Shown one piece after another: positions 9,950-19,700 of a DNA stretch of 64,000 bases. How positions within the stretch are numbered: the stretch's first letter is position 1; every line of letters starts with the position of its first letter. Source of the DNA: a virus; IMG/VR virus record IMGVR_UViG_3300028384_001376, positions 815 through 64,814 of that record, one strand, 5' to 3'. The notes beneath the pieces are model-generated. The model was not told where the DNA came from. It saw only the letters and a program-made list of their open reading frames with translations, and searched no databases. A program made the translations under genes and the position numbers.

Positions 9950-10192
9950 ATGCCAGATTTTAAAAATCCATTTCCCTTCCATGGGCTGTATAGGTCTTCC
10001 CTCGAAAAACTGCAAAATGCCACCGGCGGCAGAACACCGAAGCCGGCGCCGAAGCCCCCGGTAAAGCAGAAAAGGCCTGTGATTCGGACGCCGGCCCGGC
10101 AGGCGGCTTCGATCGAGACCATGTCGCCCGAGCAGCGGGCCCAATACATGAAGCGGGTAAAAAAGCTCTATCAAGACAGGCGCGGCCCATGA
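9950..10192 (+). CDS. small basic Pro/Lys-rich protein (80 aa)
   Basis: AAAGGAG RBS then ATG 9950. The track start at 9944 is a TTG. Confidence 0.35.
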   Translation: MPDFKNPFPFHGLYRSSLEKLQNATGGRTPKPAPKPPVKQKRPVIRTPARQAASIETMSPEQRAQYMKRVKKLYQDRRGP

Positions 10193-10211
10193 TCGCCGAC
10201 TCCGAAGGGGG

Positions 10212-10460
10212 GTGAGGACCATTTTATTTCCGACATCATTTAAGCCGGAGACATCATTTAAGCCGACGACCTCTTATTTGCCACAGACCTCTTTCAAACC
10301 GGTCACATCATTTAAGCCGACGTTTTCCTCTGCGCGGAGGCCGAAGAAACCCATCGATTCGGCCACAGAAGAGTCCATGCGCTACGCGGAAGAAGAGCAA
10401 GCACGCATCGAGGATCGTGAGCGGCAGCGACGGCGAAGGGCGATTGAGATGCAGGGTTGA
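10212..10460 (+). CDS. small protein with 5x TSFKP peptide repeats and a charged C-terminus (82 aa)
   Basis: GTG start after GAAGGGGGG. DNA direct repeats of ACATCATTTAAGCCG are kept in frame. Confidence 0.3.
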   Translation: MRTILFPTSFKPETSFKPTTSYLPQTSFKPVTSFKPTFSSARRPKKPIDSATEESMRYAEEEQARIEDRERQRRRRAIEMQG

Positions 10461-10546
10461 TCGGTTAGAGCCTGATTAAAACAACAGTGCGGCACCAGGA
10501 AAGAAAGGGAGACACATAAACCCTTATTTTTAAGGAGGATTTAGCA

Positions 10547-11299
10547 ATGTCTCTCAAGCTTTCCACTGGACTTAGAAACAAAATGCTGGGCCTGCAAGCC
10601 ACCGTGACGGCCTCGTTTCAAGGCGCCACCGGCGCTTTTGTCGACGGCGGCGCCGGCGCGGACACCATCACCGACTCGGGCAACGGCTTCATCACCGCCG
10701 GGTTTGCCCCCGGCCAGGTGCTTTTTTGCAAAGGGGCCACCACGGCAGCCAACGACACGGCCGTCACCGGGGCTGTGATCCAAGGGGTGGCCGCTGGCAC
10801 CATTACTTTACTTACCGGCATCGTCAACACCGCCGAGGCCTTTGCTGCAGCCACTCTCATCTGCGCGGCCGAAGGCGGCTCGCTCAAGGACGTGCTGCGC
10901 GACGGCGTGCTGCGCATCTACAGCGGCGCCCAACCCACCAGCCCGGATGCGGCGGTCTCGGGCACCTTGCTGCTGGAGATCAGCGAAAGCGCCGGAGCCT
11001 TTGTGGCCGGCGCCTTCGACAACGGGTTGGAGTTCGGCGATGCGGCCAGCGGAGCCATCTCCAAGGCCAGCGGCGAGACCTGGCAGGATACCGGCATCGC
11101 CACCGGCACGGCCGGCTGGTTCCGCTTCGTGGGCAACCCCACCGACGACGGCTCGGCCAGCACCAGCTTGCCGCGCCTCGACGGATCGGTGGGCACCAGC
11201 GGGGCCGATCTGAACATGAGCAGCACCTCGGTCACCGTGGGGGCCACCTACACCATCGACAGCTTCACCTTGACGCTGCCGGAATATTACGGGGCATAA
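10547..11299 (+). CDS. Gly/Ala/Thr-rich virion protein (250 aa)
   Basis: AAGGAGG RBS. Composition typical of fibre or tube proteins. Confidence 0.45.
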   Translation: MSLKLSTGLRNKMLGLQATVTASFQGATGAFVDGGAGADTITDSGNGFITAGFAPGQVLFCKGATTAANDTAVTGAVIQGVAAGTITLLTGIVNTAEAFAAATLICAAEGGSLKDVLRDGVLRIYSGAQPTSPDAAVSGTLLLEISESAGAFVAGAFDNGLEFGDAASGAISKASGETWQDTGIATGTAGWFRFVGNPTDDGSASTSLPRLDGSVGTSGADLNMSSTSVTVGATYTIDSFTLTLPEYYGA

Positions 11300-11366
11300 G
11301 GGACAAAACCCATCTTTTTTTGGGGGTAGTTTTGTCCCTACAATCGGAGAATTGTAGGAGGCAATT

Positions 11367-12203
11367 ATGGCTGACCTTGTAATGCAGGAGGCGCATCACG
11401 TCCACGCGGCCGACAATGTGGTATTAATCCTGACGGTCACCGTCCAGGAGAGTTACCACGACATCGTGTGTGCGTGCGACATCAGCCCGAGCTGGCACGG
11501 GACAACGCTTTTTGACGACGGCAAGACGCACCCGCACCTTCCCGACCTGCGCATAGAGGCCCAGGCGGGAGAGCGCATCGACGCGGACGCCGAACTGCCC
11601 GGCGTCCAGCTGACCGACATGCGCGGCGGCGCACGGATGGACGACACACCCAACCTGCCCGATCTGGAGCTAAGCGCCGCAGCGCTGGTCGGCGCCACCG
11701 CATCGCTGGACCAGCGCCTGCCGGCCATGGAGGCCTCCGGGCGCACCGGCGCAAGGGCTGACGATGAGCTCATGCTGCCGGCCATGGAGCTGGGCATCTC
11801 CATCTGGGGCGATCTGCTGGCGCGTCTGGATAGGACCCTGCCGGGCTTGACGATCTCGGCCCAAGCATCGACGCCGGTGGTGGCCACCTTGGCCAAAGAT
11901 CTGCCCCCGCTATCTATCTCTGCGGCCGCATCGGCCATCACCACAGCGAGCCTAAACCGGGATCTGCCAGCCCTTAAAATCTCGGCCCAGGCCCTGATCG
12001 GCGCAACGGGCACCCTGGACGCCACGTTGCCCGACCTGGAGCTTGATTCGGACAGCGGCCTGTATGGCGATGCGCTGAGCCTGGATGCCACCCTGCCGGC
12101 CGTGGTGATGGCCAGCATTGCCACCGGCACCTTCGGCGGGCAGGCCGGAGAGCTGGTCGATAGCTCCCGGTTTACCGACTATGTGATGAGGTACGAGCGA
12201 TGA
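11367..12203 (+). CDS. repeat protein (278 aa), fibre-associated
   Basis: N-terminal HHVHAADNVV motif matches the fibre repeat unit. Then about seven ~20-aa LPxLx[IL]SAxA repeats. Confidence 0.45.
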   Translation: MADLVMQEAHHVHAADNVVLILTVTVQESYHDIVCACDISPSWHGTTLFDDGKTHPHLPDLRIEAQAGERIDADAELPGVQLTDMRGGARMDDTPNLPDLELSAAALVGATASLDQRLPAMEASGRTGARADDELMLPAMELGISIWGDLLARLDRTLPGLTISAQASTPVVATLAKDLPPLSISAAASAITTASLNRDLPALKISAQALIGATGTLDATLPDLELDSDSGLYGDALSLDATLPAVVMASIATGTFGGQAGELVDSSRFTDYVMRYER

Positions 12204-13660
12204 CGCACCTGGTCGGCCTCTTGACCCTAATCTGCATGTTTTTTGGAGTGGCCATGGATGAGCGCTCAGATCGACGCTATTTCAACTTAAACGGCATCAG
12301 CTTTGAGCTGTACGGCGACGTGGAGCAGGCCCGCAGGATTGTCCCGGCAGCCCAACGGCTGATGTTTAAGACCAAGTTGACCAACACACAAGGCCTGAGA
12401 CAGCTGCGCAACGAGGCGATGTTAGGCAATGGGATCGAGATCCGGGTTTCCAGCGTATTTGGAGACGATCGCGCCAAGATCTACTATCCGCCGGGGCCGC
12501 CGGTGGGTGTAAAACCCAAAGAGCGGATCATCACCCGCAAGAGGATGTACCCGGTGCTGGGCATCAGCCTGTCGCCCCATGAATACCTGGGCGAGCGTGT
12601 CGGCGACATGTATCAAGAGGGCCCCGTGCCGCTTTCGACCATCACCAGCTACTACATGGGCTTAGAGCAGGACCGCCTCTGGTATGAAAGCATCTTGTCG
12701 GACAAAAGCACGGAGTGGAAGAAATATAACCGCCTGGTCGATGTCAGCCTCTACGGCAACCAATATTCCACTTCCCCAAGCGAATATAGCTATACGCCCG
12801 TAGAAGATCACATCATCTGGGACCATGAATTTGCCTACCGCACCATTTGGGACCCCTTCGGCCACTCTTACAATGTTGACCCGGTGATTTTTACCTGCGG
12901 CGATTATGTGCCCGAGACCGAGCTTGAGATCGAGCTTTACCATGATGAGATCCGGGCGGCAGAGTTTGAACGGCGCTACGACTATAGCCTGGTCGTTGCC
13001 GTTGGAGCAGGGCGCAGCAGCACTTCGTCCAGCCATTACGTATATGACCGGGAATTTATGGAGGACTACAACATCCCCGACGACCTGGTCGCCGACGGCT
13101 GGCCGGAGGCGATGAGAAATCGCTGCTGTTATGCCGACGGCGATTACGAGGTGTGGGAGCGCAGGGGCTCTACCGCCACGCATAGCGGCATCTCAATCTA
13201 TTGGGAGGAGGGTTGCGAGACCAATGGGGAAGCGTCTTTCGATGAAAACGAGCACAGCGCATGCCTTTACTCCCGATATAATCTCAGCGGCGCCCGCAAC
13301 TACAGCTATCAGCTGATTTTGTACGTCGATGGCGAAGACTATCTGGTCTATTCGGGCACCCGCACAGACGATTCGGAGATGCCCGACGATATCTATGTGG
13401 TGAGCGTCAAGATCTTCGATTTTTACGGCCTGCCGGTGGTAGTCTTCGGTTATGTCCAGTTCTTTGTCTCCCAGCCCGATATCGCCAAGTACGGGATTTG
13501 GTTTAATGGCGAGCTTCGCCTGACCGAAGATTGGCCCATCGACGCATACATTACGCATCCCGTCAACGTGCCCGATGAATATTCGCACTTGTACGGTTAC
13601 GGAGAGCCGGTCGCTTTCGGCATCGAGGTCGAAGAGACGACTATCGTCGACAGCGTTTAA
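12200..13660 (+). CDS. Tyr/Trp/Asp-rich hypothetical virion protein (486 aa)
   Basis: ATGA overlap with the upstream gene. Aromatic-rich composition suggests a carbohydrate-binding or tail-spike-like role (inference). Confidence 0.45.
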   Translation: MTHLVGLLTLICMFFGVAMDERSDRRYFNLNGISFELYGDVEQARRIVPAAQRLMFKTKLTNTQGLRQLRNEAMLGNGIEIRVSSVFGDDRAKIYYPPGPPVGVKPKERIITRKRMYPVLGISLSPHEYLGERVGDMYQEGPVPLSTITSYYMGLEQDRLWYESILSDKSTEWKKYNRLVDVSLYGNQYSTSPSEYSYTPVEDHIIWDHEFAYRTIWDPFGHSYNVDPVIFTCGDYVPETELEIELYHDEIRAAEFERRYDYSLVVAVGAGRSSTSSSHYVYDREFMEDYNIPDDLVADGWPEAMRNRCCYADGDYEVWERRGSTATHSGISIYWEEGCETNGEASFDENEHSACLYSRYNLSGARNYSYQLILYVDGEDYLVYSGTRTDDSEMPDDIYVVSVKIFDFYGLPVVVFGYVQFFVSQPDIAKYGIWFNGELRLTEDWPIDAYITHPVNVPDEYSHLYGYGEPVAFGIEVEETTIVDSV

Positions 13661-13683
13661 AGCCTAATGCAAGGAGGTTACCT

Positions 13684-15648
13684 ATGTCCTTTACTTTTCC
13701 GGGTGATCCCGTAAACCTAACGGCACCGCAAGCGGTGTCCTCTTCGGGCCAAACCGTGCTCGAAAAGTTCCAGCAGGCGCAAAGCTATGCCGATTCGGCC
13801 TGGAACGAAACCTGGAACCTGCTCGACCAGCTCAGAAACCAAGAGTACTTGATCGAGTGGGAGCCCATCGAGGTGGACGATCTGGACCTGATGGGTCTGG
13901 ACGGGCTGGGCATGGAAGAGCCGGCCGAGCCTGCGGTGGACACCGACATCGCCGTGGCCACCACGACCATGAGCGCGGAGGCGCCCACCTTAGATGATGT
14001 GGATATCTCAGCCGAGACGCCGCCGGCCATGAACGTGGCCGATCCGCAGTTTGCCATCCCGGACGCGCCCACCGACGAGTTCCCGGTCTTTAGCGAAAAC
14101 GCCCCGGACCTGACGGCCATCGACTATCCGACCCGGCCGGACATCGATCTGCCGGCCGTACCGCAGCTGACCGATGTGTCGATCCCCAGCCCGCCCGAGT
14201 ACAACATCGCCGATTTCGAGGGCACGGCGCCCACTGCGGATCTGACGCCGCCGGATGTGAGCTTCAACTTTGACGAGGCGGCATATACCAGCGCAGTCGG
14301 AGACGAGCTGGCGACCAAGCTGTTGGGCGACCTGCAGACCGGCGGCAGCGGCCTGGACGAGGCCACCGAGCAGGCCATCTACGATCGGGCCATCTCGCGC
14401 CAGCAGACCGAAAACGAAAAGGTGGTCAACGATGCCTTGAACTTTTTTGCCAGCCGGGGCTTTACCCTGCCGCCCGGTGCGCTATCCGGGGCGATCATCG
14501 AGGCCAACACCCGCGTGGCCCAGATCCGCGAGGATCTGAACAACGACATTCTGATCCAGCAGTCCAACCTGGCGCAGAAAAACACCCACTTTACCATCTC
14601 CTCGTCCATCGAGCAGGAAAAGGGCTTGATGGCCCTGCACAACCAGGTCCAGCAACGCGCCTTCGAGGTGGCCCAATACACGGTGGAGGCCGCCGTGAAG
14701 ATCTACGGCATCCGGGTCGAAGCCTACAAGGCCCAGCTGGAGGCCTATAAGGCCCTGGCTCAAGTCTATGAAGTGCGCATCCGGGCCGAGATCGGCAAGG
14801 CCGAGATCTACAGGGCCCAGATCGAAGGGGTCAAGGCCGTGGTGGAGGTGGACCGGGCACGGGTGGAGGCCTATCGGGCCCAGGTGCAAGGCGTTGCCAC
14901 GCTGATCGAGCTCTACCGAGCCGAGATGGAAGGCACGCGGGTCCGCGCCGAGGTGGACCGCACCCGCGTGCAGTCTTTCGGCGCCCTGGTCGAGGCCTAC
15001 CGGGCACAGATCCAAGCGGTCACGGCCCGATACGAGGCCTACCGCTACCAGATCGAAGGCGAGAAGGTCAAAGCCGACATGTACCGCAGCCAGGTTGAGG
15101 CCTATGTCGCCCAGGTCCAGGCCTATAAGGCACGGGCCGATGTGGATGTCTCCCGCGCCCAGGTGGCCGTCGAACTCAACCGTGGCCGGGTGGAGGTCTA
15201 CCGGGCCGAGATCGAACGCTACCGGGCCGAAGTGCAGGCGGCCATCGCCCAGGCCGAGACCGAAGTCAAGGTCGAAGAGCTGGAGGTGGGGGTTTACGAG
15301 AGCCAGATCAAAAGATATCAGGCCGAGGTAGATGCCACCGTGCGGGCCTTTCTCGGTCGCGTCGAAGAGCTCAAGGCCCAGATCGACCTGGAGATCAAAG
15401 AGGCCGATGTCTCCACGCGCACGGCCATTGCCAGGTACGAGATGATGACCGAGTCGATCCGCAGCGCCGCCCGTGTGTCGGGCCAGCTGGCCGCATCGGC
15501 CATGGCCTCGGTATCGGCGTCGGCCGATATTTCGCACCGGGAGAGCCGCAGCGACTCGACGAGCCAATCGGCCAACGCCTCGGCCAGCAGCAGTCATAGC
15601 AGGGCGTACAGCCACAGCTGGCAAGATATTACCGTACATCATACTTAA
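13684..15648 (+). CDS. internal-virion / ejection protein candidate (654 aa) with ~30 tandem 11-residue helical repeats
   Basis: AAGGAGG RBS. Acidic/Pro N-terminus. A 33-nt periodic repeat encodes VEAYRAQIxGV-type 11-mers. Ser-rich C-terminal tail. Confidence 0.5.
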   Translation: MSFTFPGDPVNLTAPQAVSSSGQTVLEKFQQAQSYADSAWNETWNLLDQLRNQEYLIEWEPIEVDDLDLMGLDGLGMEEPAEPAVDTDIAVATTTMSAEAPTLDDVDISAETPPAMNVADPQFAIPDAPTDEFPVFSENAPDLTAIDYPTRPDIDLPAVPQLTDVSIPSPPEYNIADFEGTAPTADLTPPDVSFNFDEAAYTSAVGDELATKLLGDLQTGGSGLDEATEQAIYDRAISRQQTENEKVVNDALNFFASRGFTLPPGALSGAIIEANTRVAQIREDLNNDILIQQSNLAQKNTHFTISSSIEQEKGLMALHNQVQQRAFEVAQYTVEAAVKIYGIRVEAYKAQLEAYKALAQVYEVRIRAEIGKAEIYRAQIEGVKAVVEVDRARVEAYRAQVQGVATLIELYRAEMEGTRVRAEVDRTRVQSFGALVEAYRAQIQAVTARYEAYRYQIEGEKVKADMYRSQVEAYVAQVQAYKARADVDVSRAQVAVELNRGRVEVYRAEIERYRAEVQAAIAQAETEVKVEELEVGVYESQIKRYQAEVDATVRAFLGRVEELKAQIDLEIKEADVSTRTAIARYEMMTESIRSAARVSGQLAASAMASVSASADISHRESRSDSTSQSANASASSSHSRAYSHSWQDITVHHT

Positions 15649-15663
15649 TCTTAGGAGGCCGCC

Positions 15664-16737
15664 ATGCCATACGAATATGAATACAAGCCGCCTTTTCAAA
15701 GGGGCACCGATCCGTTGACCCCCATGCAGCGGCTGAACTACCACTACACCAACCGCATGGGGTCCTATGCGCCCCGGCCCAGTCCCACCCCGGACATAGG
15801 CCCAGGTGCCGTGCGGCGCGGTGCCGGCGATATCTGGACGCGGGTGCGCACCGAGCTGAGCAACATCAAACAGGGCTTTACCACCATGGGACGCGGTTTT
15901 GCCGAGGCGGGCAGAGATGTGGGCCGAACCACCGGCATTACCCAATTTGGCCAGGGTGCCATCGAGGCGGGCCGTGATGTGGGCCAGGCGCTGCAGCGCC
16001 TCAATCTGGGCCCGCAGGGACCGACCCGGTTTACCCTTAATGACCCCAATGCCCGGCCGGATCGTCCTGGACCCGGCACGGCGGCCGCCAGCCCGGCGCC
16101 CAACGCACCCACCGTGGAGACCGTCGAAAGAGGTGCGCCAAGAAGCACCTACGATCGCGGCGAAGGCGCCCCCACCGGTGCCACCCGAACCCAGGCGGCC
16201 GCCGCCACCGGCACGGCGCCGCCGCCGGTGGGGACAAATGTCCCCGCCCGCAACCGCTACCTGCAGATGTACTACGCCGGCGCCGATGCTCAGGATAAAT
16301 TTTTATCCGGCCTGCCCACCGGCCGGGCGCCCATCGAGGCCATCCGGGGCACCAAGCGCAGCTACTGGTCGCCGACCACCGAAAAAGAGTACGGCACGAA
16401 GCTGGAGGCGGCCTTTGGCGTCGAGCACAAGGAAGTGGCCGCCAAGGCGGGAGCGAAGTCGAAGCAGCAGTTCGAGCTGACCAAAGAGCGCATCAAGGCG
16501 CAGAAACCAGCCGAAATTCACAGGGTCACAGATCCTGAGACCCTCAAAGAAGAGCTCAAAATCTTTGATCCCAATACCAAGAAATTCATCGATAACGATG
16601 TCGAAAGGGACAAGGCGATTGCAGAGGCCCTGCGGGCCGGGACCGTTTCCGAAGATGAGTTCAAAGACTATTACAATAAGGCCAGCGCCGCACAGAAAAA
16701 GCGTTTGCGAGAGCTTATCGCTGGATTTCAGAAATAA
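15664..16737 (+). CDS. Pro/Ala/Gly-rich protein with charged helical C-terminus (357 aa); internal virion protein candidate
   Basis: AGGAGG RBS. Sits between the repeat protein and the giant gene. Confidence 0.45.
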   Translation: MPYEYEYKPPFQRGTDPLTPMQRLNYHYTNRMGSYAPRPSPTPDIGPGAVRRGAGDIWTRVRTELSNIKQGFTTMGRGFAEAGRDVGRTTGITQFGQGAIEAGRDVGQALQRLNLGPQGPTRFTLNDPNARPDRPGPGTAAASPAPNAPTVETVERGAPRSTYDRGEGAPTGATRTQAAAATGTAPPPVGTNVPARNRYLQMYYAGADAQDKFLSGLPTGRAPIEAIRGTKRSYWSPTTEKEYGTKLEAAFGVEHKEVAAKAGAKSKQQFELTKERIKAQKPAEIHRVTDPETLKEELKIFDPNTKKFIDNDVERDKAIAEALRAGTVSEDEFKDYYNKASAAQKKRLRELIAGFQK

Positions 16738-16749
16738 CAAGGAGGCAAA

Positions 16750-19700
16750 ATGGCTGTCTCATTGGCAGAAATAAGCCGGTGGATGGATGAGCAGGACGAG
16801 GCCCCGCGCTCAGCGCCGCAGGCCTTTCGTTTTGAACCACCGCCCCAGGCAGAGCCTTACCTGCCCCACATTAAAGCGGCCGAGCAAAAATATGGGCTGC
16901 CGGAAAACCTGCTGGCACGGGTGATTGCCCAAGAGAGTAACTTTAACCCGCAGGCGGTCTCGCCCAAAGGGGCCAGAGGTATCGCCCAGATCATGCCCGA
17001 CTATCATCCCGATGTGGACCCGGACGACCCGGTCCAGGCCATCGACTATGCAGCCGGCTATCTGCGCCAGAACGCCGACCGCTTCGGTGGCGACTGGGAC
17101 AAGGCCATCGCCGCCTATAATGCCGGCCCCGGCAATATTGAAAAAGGCATTATGCCGGCCGAAACCCAAGATTATCTCAAACGCATCAAGGGAGATGTCG
17201 CCCCGGTAGCCGGCGACGTGGATCTGCAATCGATTCTGGCCTGGATGGACGAAGAGGACCGGCGCCAGGCTGCGCCCGAGCCCGGCCTGATCAAGTCCGT
17301 CACAGGCGATGTCGCCGGCGGCTTGATCGATCTTGGCGAAATGTACGCCCGCGCCGGTCGCGCCCTGCCCGGCGGCCCGGAGGCCGGCGTCGAAGGCGGT
17401 GACTTTTTATCCAAGGCCGTCGTGTGGGCCGAAGACTTTCGCAAGGCCAACCCGAGCCTGGATGTCAATCCCAACCGCAAGGGGTTTTCGCGCTGGTTTC
17501 ACGAAGGCCTGCGTGCAGCCACTACTTCTATAGCCGCAGGCCTGCCCGGTGCGGCCGCCGGTGCCGCCATAGGTTCTCTTGTCAGCCCTGGCGTGGGCAC
17601 CTTCATCGGCGGTCTTCTCGGTTATGCCACCGGTGGCGCCACCCTTTTCGGTATGAGCGAATATGACTCGTTTCTGGAAGAGGCTCTCAATGCCGGCGTG
17701 CCGCTGGACCAGGCCGAGCCGGCCGCGATGCGCAGCGGCATGTACGAGTGGAGTTTCGAGTTTGGCGCCGATCTTTTGGAAGGTTTGACCCTGGGTGCTG
17801 GCAAACTGGCTTCCGCCGCTGGCAAGCAAGCCCTCAAGGAGACGGTTGCATCCCTTTTCAAGCAGGGCGTCAAGTCCGCTTTGAAGCGCGGGACGGGCAT
17901 CGTGGGCATCGAGACCGCCTCAGAGATGCTCACCGCCGGTTTACAGGCCGAAGAGTTGCAAGGCTTGGGCATCGGCAGCCAGCGCTTTACCGAGGCGGCC
18001 ATCCATGCCTTTGGCCCCTCGCTGGTGGCCTCGATGATCTTTGCCGGCCTGGGCGAGTATGGCCGGCATCGGGTGAGCAAGCGGGTGCAAAACACCTTGA
18101 AAGACCCCGAGGCCTCACCGGAGGCCCGCGAGGCTGCGGTCAAGATGGTCCACGACGCCATCGCCCCGGTCAATGAGCAAGTGGCGGCGCTGTGGCAGGA
18201 CACGGCCATGCAGGCGGTGGCAAACAACGAGGCCATCGACCTGGATGCGCCCATCGCCACCGACGCCCAGCTCGATGCCATGATCGAGGCCGACGTGGAC
18301 CTGGGCGAAAACGCGGCCAATGCCGTGGCCCAGGAGGAGGCTGCCGCTGCGGCCACCGAGCAGACCACCATTGAAGAAGACATCGACGCCCATGAGGCCT
18401 CCAAGGCCGCCGACCCGCTGGGCGACGACGCCATCGCCCAGGATATCATCGACAAGATCGCTGGCGGCCGTACCGCCCCGGTGGCCACCGTGCCACGCGG
18501 GCAAGGGGCCGAAGAGCTCAAGGCGGCCATTAGTGACTCAAAAACGGCCGAAAGTGAGCCACAAACCGGTTTGCCATTAACGGGTGAGGCACAAGCCTAT
18601 GAGCTGCCGCCTAAAACCGAAGGCGACTACAACCGCATCAAAGACTATGCCCAGTGGTTCAGAGCCAACCGCGATATGTCCAAGCGCTCCAATGCGGCCA
18701 GGGCCGATGAATTGGACTATTTTCTGGAGCGTCTGAGCCTGGGCAATCTGCCCATGCGACTGGCCCGAGTGATCAAAGGCAAAGGCAAGACCTGGGGCGA
18801 CGAGCGCATGGACCGCGTGGTCGATTTGCACGAACCGGTGCGCCGGGCCCTGGCTGATAAGTATGGCATGAACCTGATCAACAAGGCTTTTGAGGACCCC
18901 GAGTATAAAAAGAAGATCCGGGCCAAGCAAAAGGCCCAGGAGGAGCTACACCAACAGGCCCGCGAGCTGCTGACCGAGGACGAGTACCGCAAGGTCAGCA
19001 TGACCAACGTGCTGAGCCACTACTTCGACCCGGAGAAAAAAGAGCGGCCCACCACCTACGGCCTGGCACGCCGGCTTAACACCAGTGTGGAGGAGATCCG
19101 CGAGGCCATCGCCCTGGTCAACGAGTTCACCGACGGCGGACTCTATGTGGGCGAGCGCGGCGTGATCGACGGCACCATGTTCGATCGTGACGGTTATGAT
19201 ATGCACCGCGTCTTTCAGGGGGTGATCGACAAACGGGGTCAAACCGGGCCAAAACCGGAAGAACCGGGTGAAACCGTTTCAACCCAGGTTGAAACGCCGA
19301 CCGAAAAACCGCAAACCAAGCGCGAAAAGGCCGAAGCCGAATATAACGAGTTGGTGGCCTCTCTCACCGACGAGCAGCGCACCGCCCTGGGAGATCTGGT
19401 CAAAGAGACCGCGCCGAAAAACCCCTCGGTGTTGACCCACCGCATCCGCAAAAAGCTGGCCGAGATGGAAAAGGCGCCAGAAGCGCCGCAGATCCCCACC
19501 GATGTTATGCGAATGGTCAATGGCCGCTATGTCCAGATGACTGAGGCCGAGCGCCCTGCCCTGTACGAGCAGCTGGCTGACCTTAAAAAACAGGCCCAGG
19601 CCCACGGCGACAAGTTCCCACGGGGTACGATGCTGGCCGTCAATGCGCAGATGCGAACCCTGGAAAACGGGGCGGGCGAAATACCGACCTTCAAGACCAT

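Noticed and set aside
14482-15945. 487-aa minus-strand ORF antisense to the 11-mer-repeat gene
   Set aside because: Mirror-frame artefact of a GC-rich periodic coding sequence. No RBS and no partner genes on that strand.
13684-16737. Tape-measure protein assignment for the repeat protein or the giant protein
   Set aside because: There is no recognisable major tail tube, sheath or assembly-chaperone gene upstream. The genes lie after the fibre genes and next to lysis. An N-terminal SLT plus injected effectors fits podovirus ejection proteins better.
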